From: Acidimicrobiales bacterium
Lineage (GTDB): Bacteria > Actinomycetota > Acidimicrobiia > Acidimicrobiales > GCA-2861595
Direction: 5' to 3'
Length of the DNA: 64,000 bases
NCBI GenBank assembly: GCA_035540975.1
Contig: DATLFN010000146.1
Location: 14,010 to 78,009 of the forward strand
Part shown: positions 9,521-17,711 of the stretch, piece after piece
Position numbering within the stretch: position 1 is the first letter of the stretch
Layout: each line of letters starts with the position of its first letter
The notes under the pieces: generated by a model
What the model saw: only the letters and a program-made list of their open reading frames with translations
Databases searched by the model: none
What the model was told of the DNA's origin: nothing
Made by a program: the position numbers and the translations under genes

Positions 9521-9784
9521 ATGGAACGAGCCGAGCCGCATCAACACGAGGGGCCAGCCGACCGCGATCTGACTGTCGCCCGAATCCGGACACGGGACGG
9601 CGCCGACCACGTCGAGGTCCTCTTCCTGGAGTCGGCGCGCATCTACCGGCTCCCGAACGACTGTCCGGGCTTCGACCAGCTCCTCCGGAGCCTGCGCGAC
9701 GCGGAGGCCTCGCGACAGCCTGTGCGAGTGGCACTCGCCTCCCCCTACAGCGAGATCATCCGCGACGTGGTCGCAAGTTCCTGA
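9521..9784 (+). CDS. Small protein paralogous to the N-terminal domain of the upstream glutaminase-like protein
   Basis: Starts 14 nt after the upstream stop. LTVARIRTRDGADHVEVLFLESARIYRL...DQLLRSLRDAEASRQPVRVAL is collinear with LTVAAVREPREGSQAIECLFNERQQIFSV...DAVVDALREALDRGAPVRAVL of ORF 8545. Confidence 0.55.
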   Translation: MERAEPHQHEGPADRDLTVARIRTRDGADHVEVLFLESARIYRLPNDCPGFDQLLRSLRDAEASRQPVRVALASPYSEIIRDVVASS

Positions 9785-9816
9785 GCGAACGGAGCTCGGC
9801 TCGCACGTCGACAGCC

Positions 9817-12800
9817 CTACTCCTTGTCGACCACCGCGACGCTCGCGAAGTCCTTGCGAACGAACCGGGTGTTGCAGGTAGGGCTGAAACCGGTCGCCGT
9901 CACGGTGACGGAGTAGCTGCCGGGGACCTTCGTCCGCGCGTAGCGACCGGTCAGGACGCCGACCTGCCTGGGACGCAGCACGAGCCGTGGGTCGATCACC
10001 GCGACGCGGCCGGGGCCCACGCCGGTCGCCCCGCCCGCTCCGCCGCCGATCGGCGTGCCGGTGCTGGCGCCCGAGCCGCCCCCGCCCACGACGGGGCCCG
10101 GAATCCGGCCGCCGCCGGCGACCGTCGACGCTTCGAGTCGCGGCGCGAGCCCCGAGGGCGTCGCGGCGAATTTGGGCAGACGCGTCGGCTTGAGCGTCGT
10201 GGCACCGAGTGCGAGCTCGTCGATCCGCGGCGCGAGGATGTCGTCGCCCTTGGCGGCCACCAGCTGATCCCGCAGCAGTACGAGCTGAGCGAGGTGCATG
10301 CGTGCCTTGTCGGGTTTGCCATCGGCGACGAAGTCCCGTGGCAGCTTGATGCGCGAAAGCCTCCCACGGTACTTGTCGATGAGGTCTGCACTCGACGCGA
10401 CGGGAGCGGCAACCGCGGCCCGGACCTTGGCGCCGTCGATGCCGCCGCGACGGTCGCCGACCGACGTCTTCACGCCGATGACGTCGCCGACGCGGACGAG
10501 CGTCGGAACGTCGAGCACCAGCTTGAGCGGCGAGCGGACGAAGCCGCCGACGGTGTAGGGCGTGTGCTGATGACGGTCGGTGGCGACTTCGATCGTCCAC
10601 AGTCCCGGCTCAGGGTCCTGGATCGTGAAGCTGACATAGCCGTCGCCGGCATTGCGCACGAACTCGGTCGCCGACCGAGGCAGCCAACGGCCGCCGGGCG
10701 AGCGCAGCCGCACCCCGATCTCGCCCGCGCCCTTCGGAGCCCGTGGGACGTACCGCAGTGACCGGTCGTGCCACGCGACGGTGAACAGCACCGACTCGGC
10801 GCATCCGTCGACCCAGCCCGACACGTGCGACACCGACGCCGCCGACGACTCGTTGACGATGACGCCGTCACCCGTCACCTGGCCTCGGATGTAGTTGTAG
10901 ATCTCGAACAGATCGTCGATCGTCGGCATGAAGTAGTACCGGCCGTCGGTGTCGTCTGCCAGCTGTGCGAGCAGGGTCTGGTCCGATGCCGGGCCCATTG
11001 CGCAGCTGTAGATCGGCAGGTCCGCGGGGAGCGCCGCCGCGGCGTCGACCGCCCACGGCTTGGCCGGGTTGCCCTCGTCGCAGCCCTTGTTGTCGTACCC
11101 GTCGGAAAGGAGCACCAAGGCCCGGCGGGAGCCGGCGCCGGCGAGCATGCCGCCCGCCTCCTGGATGCCAGCGCCCATGAAGGTGCAACCGCCGAACCCG
11201 ATGCCGTCGACCGCGGCGGTGGCGGCATCCCTCGTCGACTGGTCCACGATCTGCTGGGGAGCGCCCGTTCCTGGATACTCCTCATCGCCCGAGTCACCGA
11301 AGCTCACCACCCCGATGGAGTCGTCGACGCCCATGAGGTCGATGAACTGCCGAGACGTCTGCCTCGTGACGTCGACGTATCCGAAGACCTGCATCGAGCC
11401 CGACCGGTCGAGCACGGTTACGACGCTGACCGGGTCGGCCGCAGGCACCTCGGCGTTGTCGATCACCAGGGCGAAGTCCTGCCAGGTTCCGGCGATGTCG
11501 GTACGAGCGGATGCTGCGACGTTGGCCGCGACGACGGTGACCTCGTACACCCCAGTGGGGTTCTGGATGACGGCGACCTCGGTGTTGTTGAGGTCGTCGG
11601 CGACTCCGCCGGTCGTCGAGAACGCGCCCGCGAACACGTTGCCGCGGAACAGCTGGCCCGTGTCGACGTGACGGACCTCGAGATCGAGGTCGTTCACGAG
11701 CGCGGGGTTTGCGCCGACGGCGCCCGCGGCATCCGACCACGACAGCGCGACGCGCAGGGGGAGCGTGGCATCGGCGGCGGCCACGCGGATCGTGTACTCC
11801 TGGCCCGTCGCCGAGAACGCCTGCCGCTGATCGACGAAGATCTTGGGCCCACGGTCGGCGGCGGGCGCCTGGAGCAGCGCGTTCTCGACCGAGACGCGAC
11901 CCCAGCCGACGTTGTTGTTCGGACCGGCGGCGATCGCCCCGCCGGCGCCGTCCGTGCCCCCGGCGACCGGCTCGGTGCTCGAGACCATCAACGCCTTGAG
12001 TAGCGCGGGGCTCGGCGTCTTGCCGTTGCGGGTCTGGCGCCACCAGTCGATCAGCAGCGCGGCACTGCCCGCCACGTGCGGTGACGCCATCGACGTCCCC
12101 GACATGGGCGCGTGGACCGGGTGCAGCGTGCCGCCCGTGTCGGTGTAGGGCCCGCTGCGGAACCCCACGGGGCTGTAGGTCGAGATGATGTCGGTCCCCG
12201 GTGCGACGACGGTCGGCAGCATCCGGCCATCGGTCGCAGGACCACGCGACGAGCCCGTCGCGAGCCCGCGGATGTCGTCGTTCGGGTTCATCTCGCCCGG
12301 GCGCCCGTTCAGCGAGTTGCCCACGAGGATCGCGTTCTTCGGGTTCTTCGTGACCGTGCCGGGGCCCGAGCCGCTGTTCCCGGCGGAGAAGACGATGACG
12401 AGCGGCGTCTGGTCGGTGGCGGTCGGGTCGGCGTCGCGGACGCCCAGGTCGACGGTGCGATCGTCGGCGGAGTAGTTCGGGCCGTTCATCGCCCACGAGT
12501 TGTTCATGACGTCGGCACCCTGGAGCGCCGCCTGCTGCACCCGCGCGGCGACCGTTCCACCCAGCGCGATGAGCCCCACATCGGCGCTGGGCGCCACACC
12601 CTGCCCGAGCAGGAACCCCTGCGGGTCGACGTCGCTCGAGTCGCCGTCGCCCGCGACGATGCCGGCGACATGGGTGCCGTGCCCGTCCGTGTCGGCGCCG
12701 ACGACAGCCGCGCCTGCGGAGTCGACGACGAACGCGAGCCGGCCGGCGAGATCGGCGTGGACCGTCATGGGATCGTTGGTGTCGATGCCGGTGTCGCACA

Positions 12801-13674
12801 CCGCGACCGTGACGCCGTTCCCGTTGACTCCGAGCGCCGTCAGGTTGGCGGCGTACCCCGTGTTCGGCAGCGTGTTGGGCGCCGCCGCGGCGTCGAGGTC
12901 TTCCATGACGATCTGCGAACTGCGCTCGTCCTCGAGCACGGGCGCATGCACGGCGTCGATCCAGCGCACGTCGTCATGGGCGGCGAGCGTCGGCAGCGCC
13001 TCGGTGGGCACCTGCGCGGTGACGCTCCGGAACGCGTCGAGCGACTCGGGTGCGACGGCCAGCACGTTCCCGCCGAGCGTGATCACGAGCGTCGCAACAC
13101 CGTCGACGTCGCCCTCGGCGAATACGCCGATGTCTACCGCCTCGATGGGCCCGAGGCCGAGATCGGTGCCGGCCTCCGGATCACCGCTCAGCAGCTCCGG
13201 GTTGACCTTGAGGGCCGGCGCCAGCGGGCCCGTCCACTCGACGAAGGGGAGCGTGGTGGCGGATGCCACCGTCTCGGCGTCGGCGCGCACGTAGTACGCG
13301 TGCGGGCTGACCGCTTCGACGAGCCGGATGCCCCGCTCGGCGAGTGTCGCGAGCCACGACTCCTGAACCGGGCCGACGAGCTGGATCAGGTGGTTCACGC
13401 CGTCGGCGGCTTCGACACCTGCGAAGCCGGGCGGCGTCGGGGGGAGTCCCCCTTCGGCGGTGTCGATCTCGTAGGTGAAGAGCCGGATGGTGTGCGGGTC
13501 GCGCACGGCTTTGACACGCCACCCCGCATTCTCGAGGCGCTCGACCTGAGACTCATCGGCGTCGACGACGAAGCCGCGGTCCAGCGCACTCACGACGCCG
13601 ACGCCGACGACGTCGGCTTCGACGATCGGTCTGTCGACCGCGGTGCGGTGGGTGATGACATAGCGTTCCGACAT
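9817..13674 (-). CDS. 1285-aa subtilase (S8) - vWA fusion protein with tandem I9-like prodomains, no signal peptide
   Basis: Triad blocks VAVCDTGID, DGHGTHVAGIVAG, MSGTSMASPHVAGSAALL (Ser codon near 12090). Then a beta-sandwich, then vWA with MIDAS VLDRSGSM (about 11392-11418) and LLSDGYDN. C-terminal Ig-like region with a Gly-rich linker. The N-terminus MSERYVITHRTAVDRP is not signal-like. Confidence 0.9.
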   Translation of the reverse strand: MSERYVITHRTAVDRPIVEADVVGVGVVSALDRGFVVDADESQVERLENAGWRVKAVRDPHTIRLFTYEIDTAEGGLPPTPPGFAGVEAADGVNHLIQLVGPVQESWLATLAERGIRLVEAVSPHAYYVRADAETVASATTLPFVEWTGPLAPALKVNPELLSGDPEAGTDLGLGPIEAVDIGVFAEGDVDGVATLVITLGGNVLAVAPESLDAFRSVTAQVPTEALPTLAAHDDVRWIDAVHAPVLEDERSSQIVMEDLDAAAAPNTLPNTGYAANLTALGVNGNGVTVAVCDTGIDTNDPMTVHADLAGRLAFVVDSAGAAVVGADTDGHGTHVAGIVAGDGDSSDVDPQGFLLGQGVAPSADVGLIALGGTVAARVQQAALQGADVMNNSWAMNGPNYSADDRTVDLGVRDADPTATDQTPLVIVFSAGNSGSGPGTVTKNPKNAILVGNSLNGRPGEMNPNDDIRGLATGSSRGPATDGRMLPTVVAPGTDIISTYSPVGFRSGPYTDTGGTLHPVHAPMSGTSMASPHVAGSAALLIDWWRQTRNGKTPSPALLKALMVSSTEPVAGGTDGAGGAIAAGPNNNVGWGRVSVENALLQAPAADRGPKIFVDQRQAFSATGQEYTIRVAAADATLPLRVALSWSDAAGAVGANPALVNDLDLEVRHVDTGQLFRGNVFAGAFSTTGGVADDLNNTEVAVIQNPTGVYEVTVVAANVAASARTDIAGTWQDFALVIDNAEVPAADPVSVVTVLDRSGSMQVFGYVDVTRQTSRQFIDLMGVDDSIGVVSFGDSGDEEYPGTGAPQQIVDQSTRDAATAAVDGIGFGGCTFMGAGIQEAGGMLAGAGSRRALVLLSDGYDNKGCDEGNPAKPWAVDAAAALPADLPIYSCAMGPASDQTLLAQLADDTDGRYYFMPTIDDLFEIYNYIRGQVTGDGVIVNESSAASVSHVSGWVDGCAESVLFTVAWHDRSLRYVPRAPKGAGEIGVRLRSPGGRWLPRSATEFVRNAGDGYVSFTIQDPEPGLWTIEVATDRHQHTPYTVGGFVRSPLKLVLDVPTLVRVGDVIGVKTSVGDRRGGIDGAKVRAAVAAPVASSADLIDKYRGRLSRIKLPRDFVADGKPDKARMHLAQLVLLRDQLVAAKGDDILAPRIDELALGATTLKPTRLPKFAATPSGLAPRLEASTVAGGGRIPGPVVGGGGSGASTGTPIGGGAGGATGVGPGRVAVIDPRLVLRPRQVGVLTGRYARTKVPGSYSVTVTATGFSPTCNTRFVRKDFASVAVVDKE

Positions 13675-13826
13675 CCCTATGGCCCCTTTGCTCTAGGCGG
13701 GGTTGCGCCGGCACGGGCGACGTTCGGCAACGACGAAGAGCCGTGGCCGACCCCTGGTGATACATGGACATCCGCAGACGACGTCCCGCCCGTTTTGGGA
13801 ATCGGGGTGACGGGGCGCAGTTCCCT

Positions 13827-14096
13827 TCAGGTCACCTGGTGGTACCGCTGGCGCGTGACGGCAACGTTCGTCGGTTCTCGCCGTGCGCCCGCCGGCCCAG
13901 AGGCGAACAGCGCGACGAGGGTGGGAATCTCCTTGCTGCCCTTGGTCCGCCGGAAGCTGCGCTCGGCTTCGCCGAGCGGTCCGAGGGCTGTCGAGCCGGG
14001 GCCGGTGCGGCAAGCGACACGCCGGGCGTCGACCGCGTCAGCACTCTCTTGTGCTACACGCCGACCGCACATGGCACATCTCCCGAACACCGTCAT
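13827..14096 (-). CDS. Hypothetical small protein (89 aa)
   Basis: An ORF with high third-position GC in its 3' two-thirds, lying between the HEAT gene and the subtilase gene on the same strand. No motif recognised and the start is unclear. Confidence 0.3.
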   Translation of the reverse strand: MTVFGRCAMCGRRVAQESADAVDARRVACRTGPGSTALGPLGEAERSFRRTKGSKEIPTLVALFASGPAGARREPTNVAVTRQRYHQVT

Positions 14097-14265
14097 CGCC
14101 GGCCCCGAGCCGACAAATTCGAGGTTTGCTGGTCGTCTTGAGGCTCGCAGAGGGCCAGGACGATGTCAAGGGGATCGTCATCTATACCTCCTTTGCGTCC
14201 CTCGACCGAGTAGGCCGATTCGCAGTGGCATCGCGTTGCTCGCGGTCGCAGCGGCGACCCTGTGG

Positions 14266-15327
14266 TCAGCGAGCGGCGTCGGCCGTGGTCGGGGTGCCGA
14301 TCCGGCGAGGCGCGGCACGGGCCAAGTCGAGCTCGATGCCCTTGGCGCTGATGCGCCCGGCGAGTCGCACCGGAGCGGTCCCGGGCCGGTCCACCTCGGA
14401 GATGGAGAAGCTGGTCACCGCCCGTTCGACCGTCGCCCGGCCGGTGTAGACGGCCTCGCCGTCGGCGCGCACGACGTCGAGGTGCACGCCGCCGGCATCG
14501 GGCCGCGCCAGGACGGCGTACTGCGTCGCCGCCCGGAGACCGACCGGGTAGCGCAGCGCCAGCAGCGCGGCGATCCACGGCCTGTCGGCGAGCCTGGTCA
14601 GCGCCCGGAACGTCGGCCCCAGCTCGTCGTTGAGGAACACCGTCCACTCGTTGCGCCCGCACCGCAGTGCCAGGCCCCGTTCCGCCGGCGAGATGCCGTA
14701 CGTGGGGCCGTGCAACCGGGCCCGCTCGTCGCTCGTCTCCTGCGGTGACATCTCGGTCAGCGAGAGGTCGGTCGTGCGCGAGCGCGCCGTGAGCCGGGTC
14801 CGCCCGGGCGGCGGCTCGGGCAGGAACGGCCCGTCGGGCAGCCCGTGGCGGTGCGCCACCAGCGACTGCGCGAAGTCGAGCTGGCGGCGTGCGTGGGCGT
14901 CACGGGCCTGGACCTTGGCGAGCTCGCGCGCGACCTCGGGGCCCCCGAAGAGGCCGAGGGCCTTGAACGCCGCCTGCTGGACCCGCGGATCGCCGTCGCG
15001 CACGATGCTGAGGAGCAGGCGCTGGGCCTCGGGCGACGCCACGTGGCCGAGCCCCTCGGCCGCCGCCCGCCGGTGGGCGGCGGGGCGGGCGGCGTCGCCC
15101 GACACCTCCTCCAGCAGCGGCATGGCGGTCTCCGGCCGCCCCGCGGCGAGGGCGACGATCGCCCGGGGGACGCTCACCGGCTCGTCGAACTCCCCGCCGC
15201 GGGCGACCTCGAGCAGCTGGGCGGCCTGGGCGGGCGTGAGCCGGCCGAGGGGAGGACGGCGCAGCCGGTCGGTGGCGACCAGCGCAGCGACCTTCGGGGT
15301 CAGTCTCGGTCGGCCGCGGCTAGGCAT
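14266..15327 (-). CDS. HEAT/PBS-lyase-repeat protein with uncharacterised C-terminal domain
   Basis: GAGGAG lies 5 nt before ATG 15327 (ORF-track start is GTG 15333). N-terminal half has HEAT-like helix pairs (AIVALAAGRPETAMPLLEE, AAEGLGHVASPEAQRLLLSIVRDGDPRVQQAAFKALGLFGGPE). Starts 3-9 nt after the metzincin stop. Confidence 0.7.
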   Translation of the reverse strand: MPSRGRPRLTPKVAALVATDRLRRPPLGRLTPAQAAQLLEVARGGEFDEPVSVPRAIVALAAGRPETAMPLLEEVSGDAARPAAHRRAAAEGLGHVASPEAQRLLLSIVRDGDPRVQQAAFKALGLFGGPEVARELAKVQARDAHARRQLDFAQSLVAHRHGLPDGPFLPEPPPGRTRLTARSRTTDLSLTEMSPQETSDERARLHGPTYGISPAERGLALRCGRNEWTVFLNDELGPTFRALTRLADRPWIAALLALRYPVGLRAATQYAVLARPDAGGVHLDVVRADGEAVYTGRATVERAVTSFSISEVDRPGTAPVRLAGRISAKGIELDLARAAPRRIGTPTTADAAR

Positions 15328-15336
15328 GTCCACTCC

Positions 15337-16110
15337 TCAGCACGGCCCGTGCACGGAGCAGTGGCCACGCATCGTCGTGCCCTCGGCGGCGGAGATGGCG
15401 GTGCTGTTGCTGTTGATGGAGCCGATGCCGTCGCCGTCGGAGTCGTCGCCCATCATGTTGGCAGTCGAGTTGGTGTGGCTCAGCCCGAGGTAGTGGCCGA
15501 CCTCGTGTCCGAGCAGCACGCCGGTGAACCGGCGGGAGCCCGAGAGCTCGAGGACGGCGCCCGTGCGACCGTCCTTCGAGTCCTTGTCGCACGGTCCCTG
15601 CACGTTGGACCACCCGCCGGCGTCGCCGATGCTCTGCACCCAGAACACGTCGATGCCGCCGTTCGGGCCGTTCCAGTCGTCGGTCAGGTCCTCCGCCTCC
15701 GAGCCGTCGCTGATGTTGACGTAGCCACCGGCGTCGGCGGACGGGATGCGCTGCCAGTTGAGCCGGCGCACGCCCACGTCGACCTGGGCGTACAGGTCAC
15801 GGGTGACCTGGATGCAGTACTGCACCTTGGTCACGTCGTCGACGCTGACGGACCCCGAGAAGTCGTTCTCGTGGCCGACGAGGATGATGACGAGGTCGGT
15901 GGCGTCGCCGGAGATGGTCTCGAGATGGCGGCGCAGCGACCGCGTGGTCGGCTGGCCGCTGCCGGGCAGGGTGTCGTTGCCGCCGAGGGTGCCGAAGACC
16001 GACCCGTCGGTGTCGCGGAAGATGTAGCCGTACACGTCGCTGTTGACCGACAGGTCGCCGGTCCTGCCCAAGCAGCTCTGGGCGATCTGGCGGACGCTGA
16101 GCGTGGCCAT
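15337..16110 (-). CDS. Leaderless metzincin-type zinc metalloprotease
   Basis: HEVGHYLGLSH (HExxHxxGxxH; HEVGH encoded at 15493-15507 on the minus strand) followed by MMG (possible Met-turn). ATG 16110 lies 7 nt after the upstream stop. N-terminus MATLSVRQIAQSC has no signal peptide. Confidence 0.8.
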   Translation of the reverse strand: MATLSVRQIAQSCLGRTGDLSVNSDVYGYIFRDTDGSVFGTLGGNDTLPGSGQPTTRSLRRHLETISGDATDLVIILVGHENDFSGSVSVDDVTKVQYCIQVTRDLYAQVDVGVRRLNWQRIPSADAGGYVNISDGSEAEDLTDDWNGPNGGIDVFWVQSIGDAGGWSNVQGPCDKDSKDGRTGAVLELSGSRRFTGVLLGHEVGHYLGLSHTNSTANMMGDDSDGDGIGSINSNSTAISAAEGTTMRGHCSVHGPC

Positions 16111-16117
16111 CGTCGGG

Positions 16118-17551
16118 CTACTGCAGGGTGAGCACGACGGGGATGAGCCCTCGACCGCTCTCCAGTGGACCGAGCGCCTTGCCCATGATCGCCCCGGCGG
16201 CGGCGGCGGGATCCTGGACCCGCATGGCGTGGCCGGCGACGTCGGAGCTGGTGAGGAGGTCGCCGGCGGCGATGGCGCCGTGCGCGGCGTCGGCCTTGCA
16301 GTACACCCGGCCGACCATGGCGACCGGCACGCGGGGCTCACCGGGAACGGGCGGTGCCCCGGGGCGGCTGGCCAGGCGAAGGGCGGGCCGCAGGCCCCCG
16401 GCGCCGGAGGCGACGCCGATGACGCGCCGGTCGCGAGCCGTGTGGGACACCTCGACCTCGTCGGGGCCCACCGCCACGAGGACCGAGCCGGCTTCGATCT
16501 CGGTGGTGGCCGCGAACTCCTCGGCCAGGTCGGCGCCCATCAACCGGATGTCCCCGGAGTTGCCGTCGAGGTGGATGGTGTCGGTGCCGGCGGAGTTGCG
16601 CACGATCACGTCGCCCTCGTTGCCGCTGGCACCGACGTACAGCGCGGCGTTGCTGCCGTTGAGGTGGATGACGTTGCGGCCGTCGCCGTCGCGGACGAAC
16701 AGGTCGCCCTCGTTGCCGTCGGCGCCGAGGTACGCCGCCGCCGTGGCGCCGTCCATGGTGAACACGTCCCGGCCGCCGCTGTCCCGGACCCGGACGTCGC
16801 CCTCGTTGCCGTTGGCCCCGATGTAGAGGGCGGCGCTGTGGCCGTCGAGGTGGAAGACCTGCCGCCCTCCGCTGTCGCGGACGAACAGGTCGCCCTCGTT
16901 GCCGCTGGCGCCGAGGTAGAGGGCGGCGTTGTTGCCGTCCATGTGCATGACGTCGCTGCCCCGGCCGTCGCGGACGATGATGTCGCCCTCGTTGCCCTCG
17001 GTGCCGACGTACAGCGCCGCACTGCCGCCGTCGGCGTGGATGACCTCACGGCCGCCCGTGTCGACGACGATGACGTCGCCCTCGTTGCCGCTGGCGCCGG
17101 CGTAGATGGCGGCGTTGGCGCTCCGCAGCCGGATCACGGCCCGCCCGGCGGAGTCGTTGACGCTGACGTCGCCGTCGTTGCCGAAGGTGCCGACGTTGAC
17201 CGTCGCGCTGGCGGCATGAGCGGTGACGACCGGCTGCCCCGTGGCGTCGTTCACGACGAGGTCGCCCGCCTCGCCGCCGCCGCCCAGCATGACCGTGGCG
17301 TCGCTGGCGCGCAGCACGATCGCCTCGCCGGCGCTGCTGAGCACACGCACGATCCCCGGTACCGCCGCCGCCCCGACCGACAGCTGGGCCGCCGAGCCGG
17401 CGAAGTCGAGGATGGCGTGCAGCGCGCCGAGGAACTCCCGTCGCACCACCAGGTTGCCGTCCTGGTCGAGGCGCGCCACCTCGTCCCCGTTGGCGTCGAC
17501 GAGGCGGAGGTCGTGCGCCTCGATGACGACGTCGCTGTTGAAGTTGGGCAT
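16118..17551 (-). CDS. Repeat (beta-solenoid-like) protein: 8 x 31-aa repeats plus C-terminal barrel-like domain
   Basis: GGGAGGGG lies upstream of ATG 17551. Repeats have consensus AALY.GA.GNEGD..VRD..GR.V.H.DG... They end with GDIRLMGADLAEEF, then ...VAMVGRVYCKADAAHGAIAAGDLLTSSDVAGHAMRV...GKALGPL..GLIPVVLTLQ. No signal peptide. Confidence 0.8.
   Translation of the reverse strand: MPNFNSDVVIEAHDLRLVDANGDEVARLDQDGNLVVRREFLGALHAILDFAGSAAQLSVGAAAVPGIVRVLSSAGEAIVLRASDATVMLGGGGEAGDLVVNDATGQPVVTAHAASATVNVGTFGNDGDVSVNDSAGRAVIRLRSANAAIYAGASGNEGDVIVVDTGGREVIHADGGSAALYVGTEGNEGDIIVRDGRGSDVMHMDGNNAALYLGASGNEGDLFVRDSGGRQVFHLDGHSAALYIGANGNEGDVRVRDSGGRDVFTMDGATAAAYLGADGNEGDLFVRDGDGRNVIHLNGSNAALYVGASGNEGDVIVRNSAGTDTIHLDGNSGDIRLMGADLAEEFAATTEIEAGSVLVAVGPDEVEVSHTARDRRVIGVASGAGGLRPALRLASRPGAPPVPGEPRVPVAMVGRVYCKADAAHGAIAAGDLLTSSDVAGHAMRVQDPAAAAGAIMGKALGPLESGRGLIPVVLTLQ
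16556..17299 (-). repeat. Coding tandem repeat, 8 units of 93 bp (31 aa)
   Basis: aa 85-332 of ORF 16118-17551. The repeat is visible at DNA level through the recurring gtcgccctcgttgcc(g/c) (GNEGD) block every 93 nt. Confidence 0.85.
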
Positions 17552-17711
17552 CGTCCCCTCCCGCGGCCTTGCGCCCCAACGCCCCCGTCCCAGGTCGCCC
17601 GGAGGAGGGGGATCCCGCCGGTGAGTGTACGCAGATCGGGCGGGACGCGCCTGAGGCGGACCGTGCTCGGCGACTGCCGGCACGGTCCGCCTGGGAGCGG
17701 TGCCCCTCGGG

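Noticed and set aside
12112-14748. 878-aa plus-strand ORF across the subtilase/HEAT region
   Set aside because: It is antisense to two genes with intact catalytic/repeat motifs. Its sequence is low-complexity (R/G/D/V-rich) with no domain.
16556-17299. Tandem repeats (also 57211-57291) as possible CRISPR arrays
   Set aside because: There are no unique spacers between the repeats. Both arrays are in-frame coding repeats within well-supported genes.
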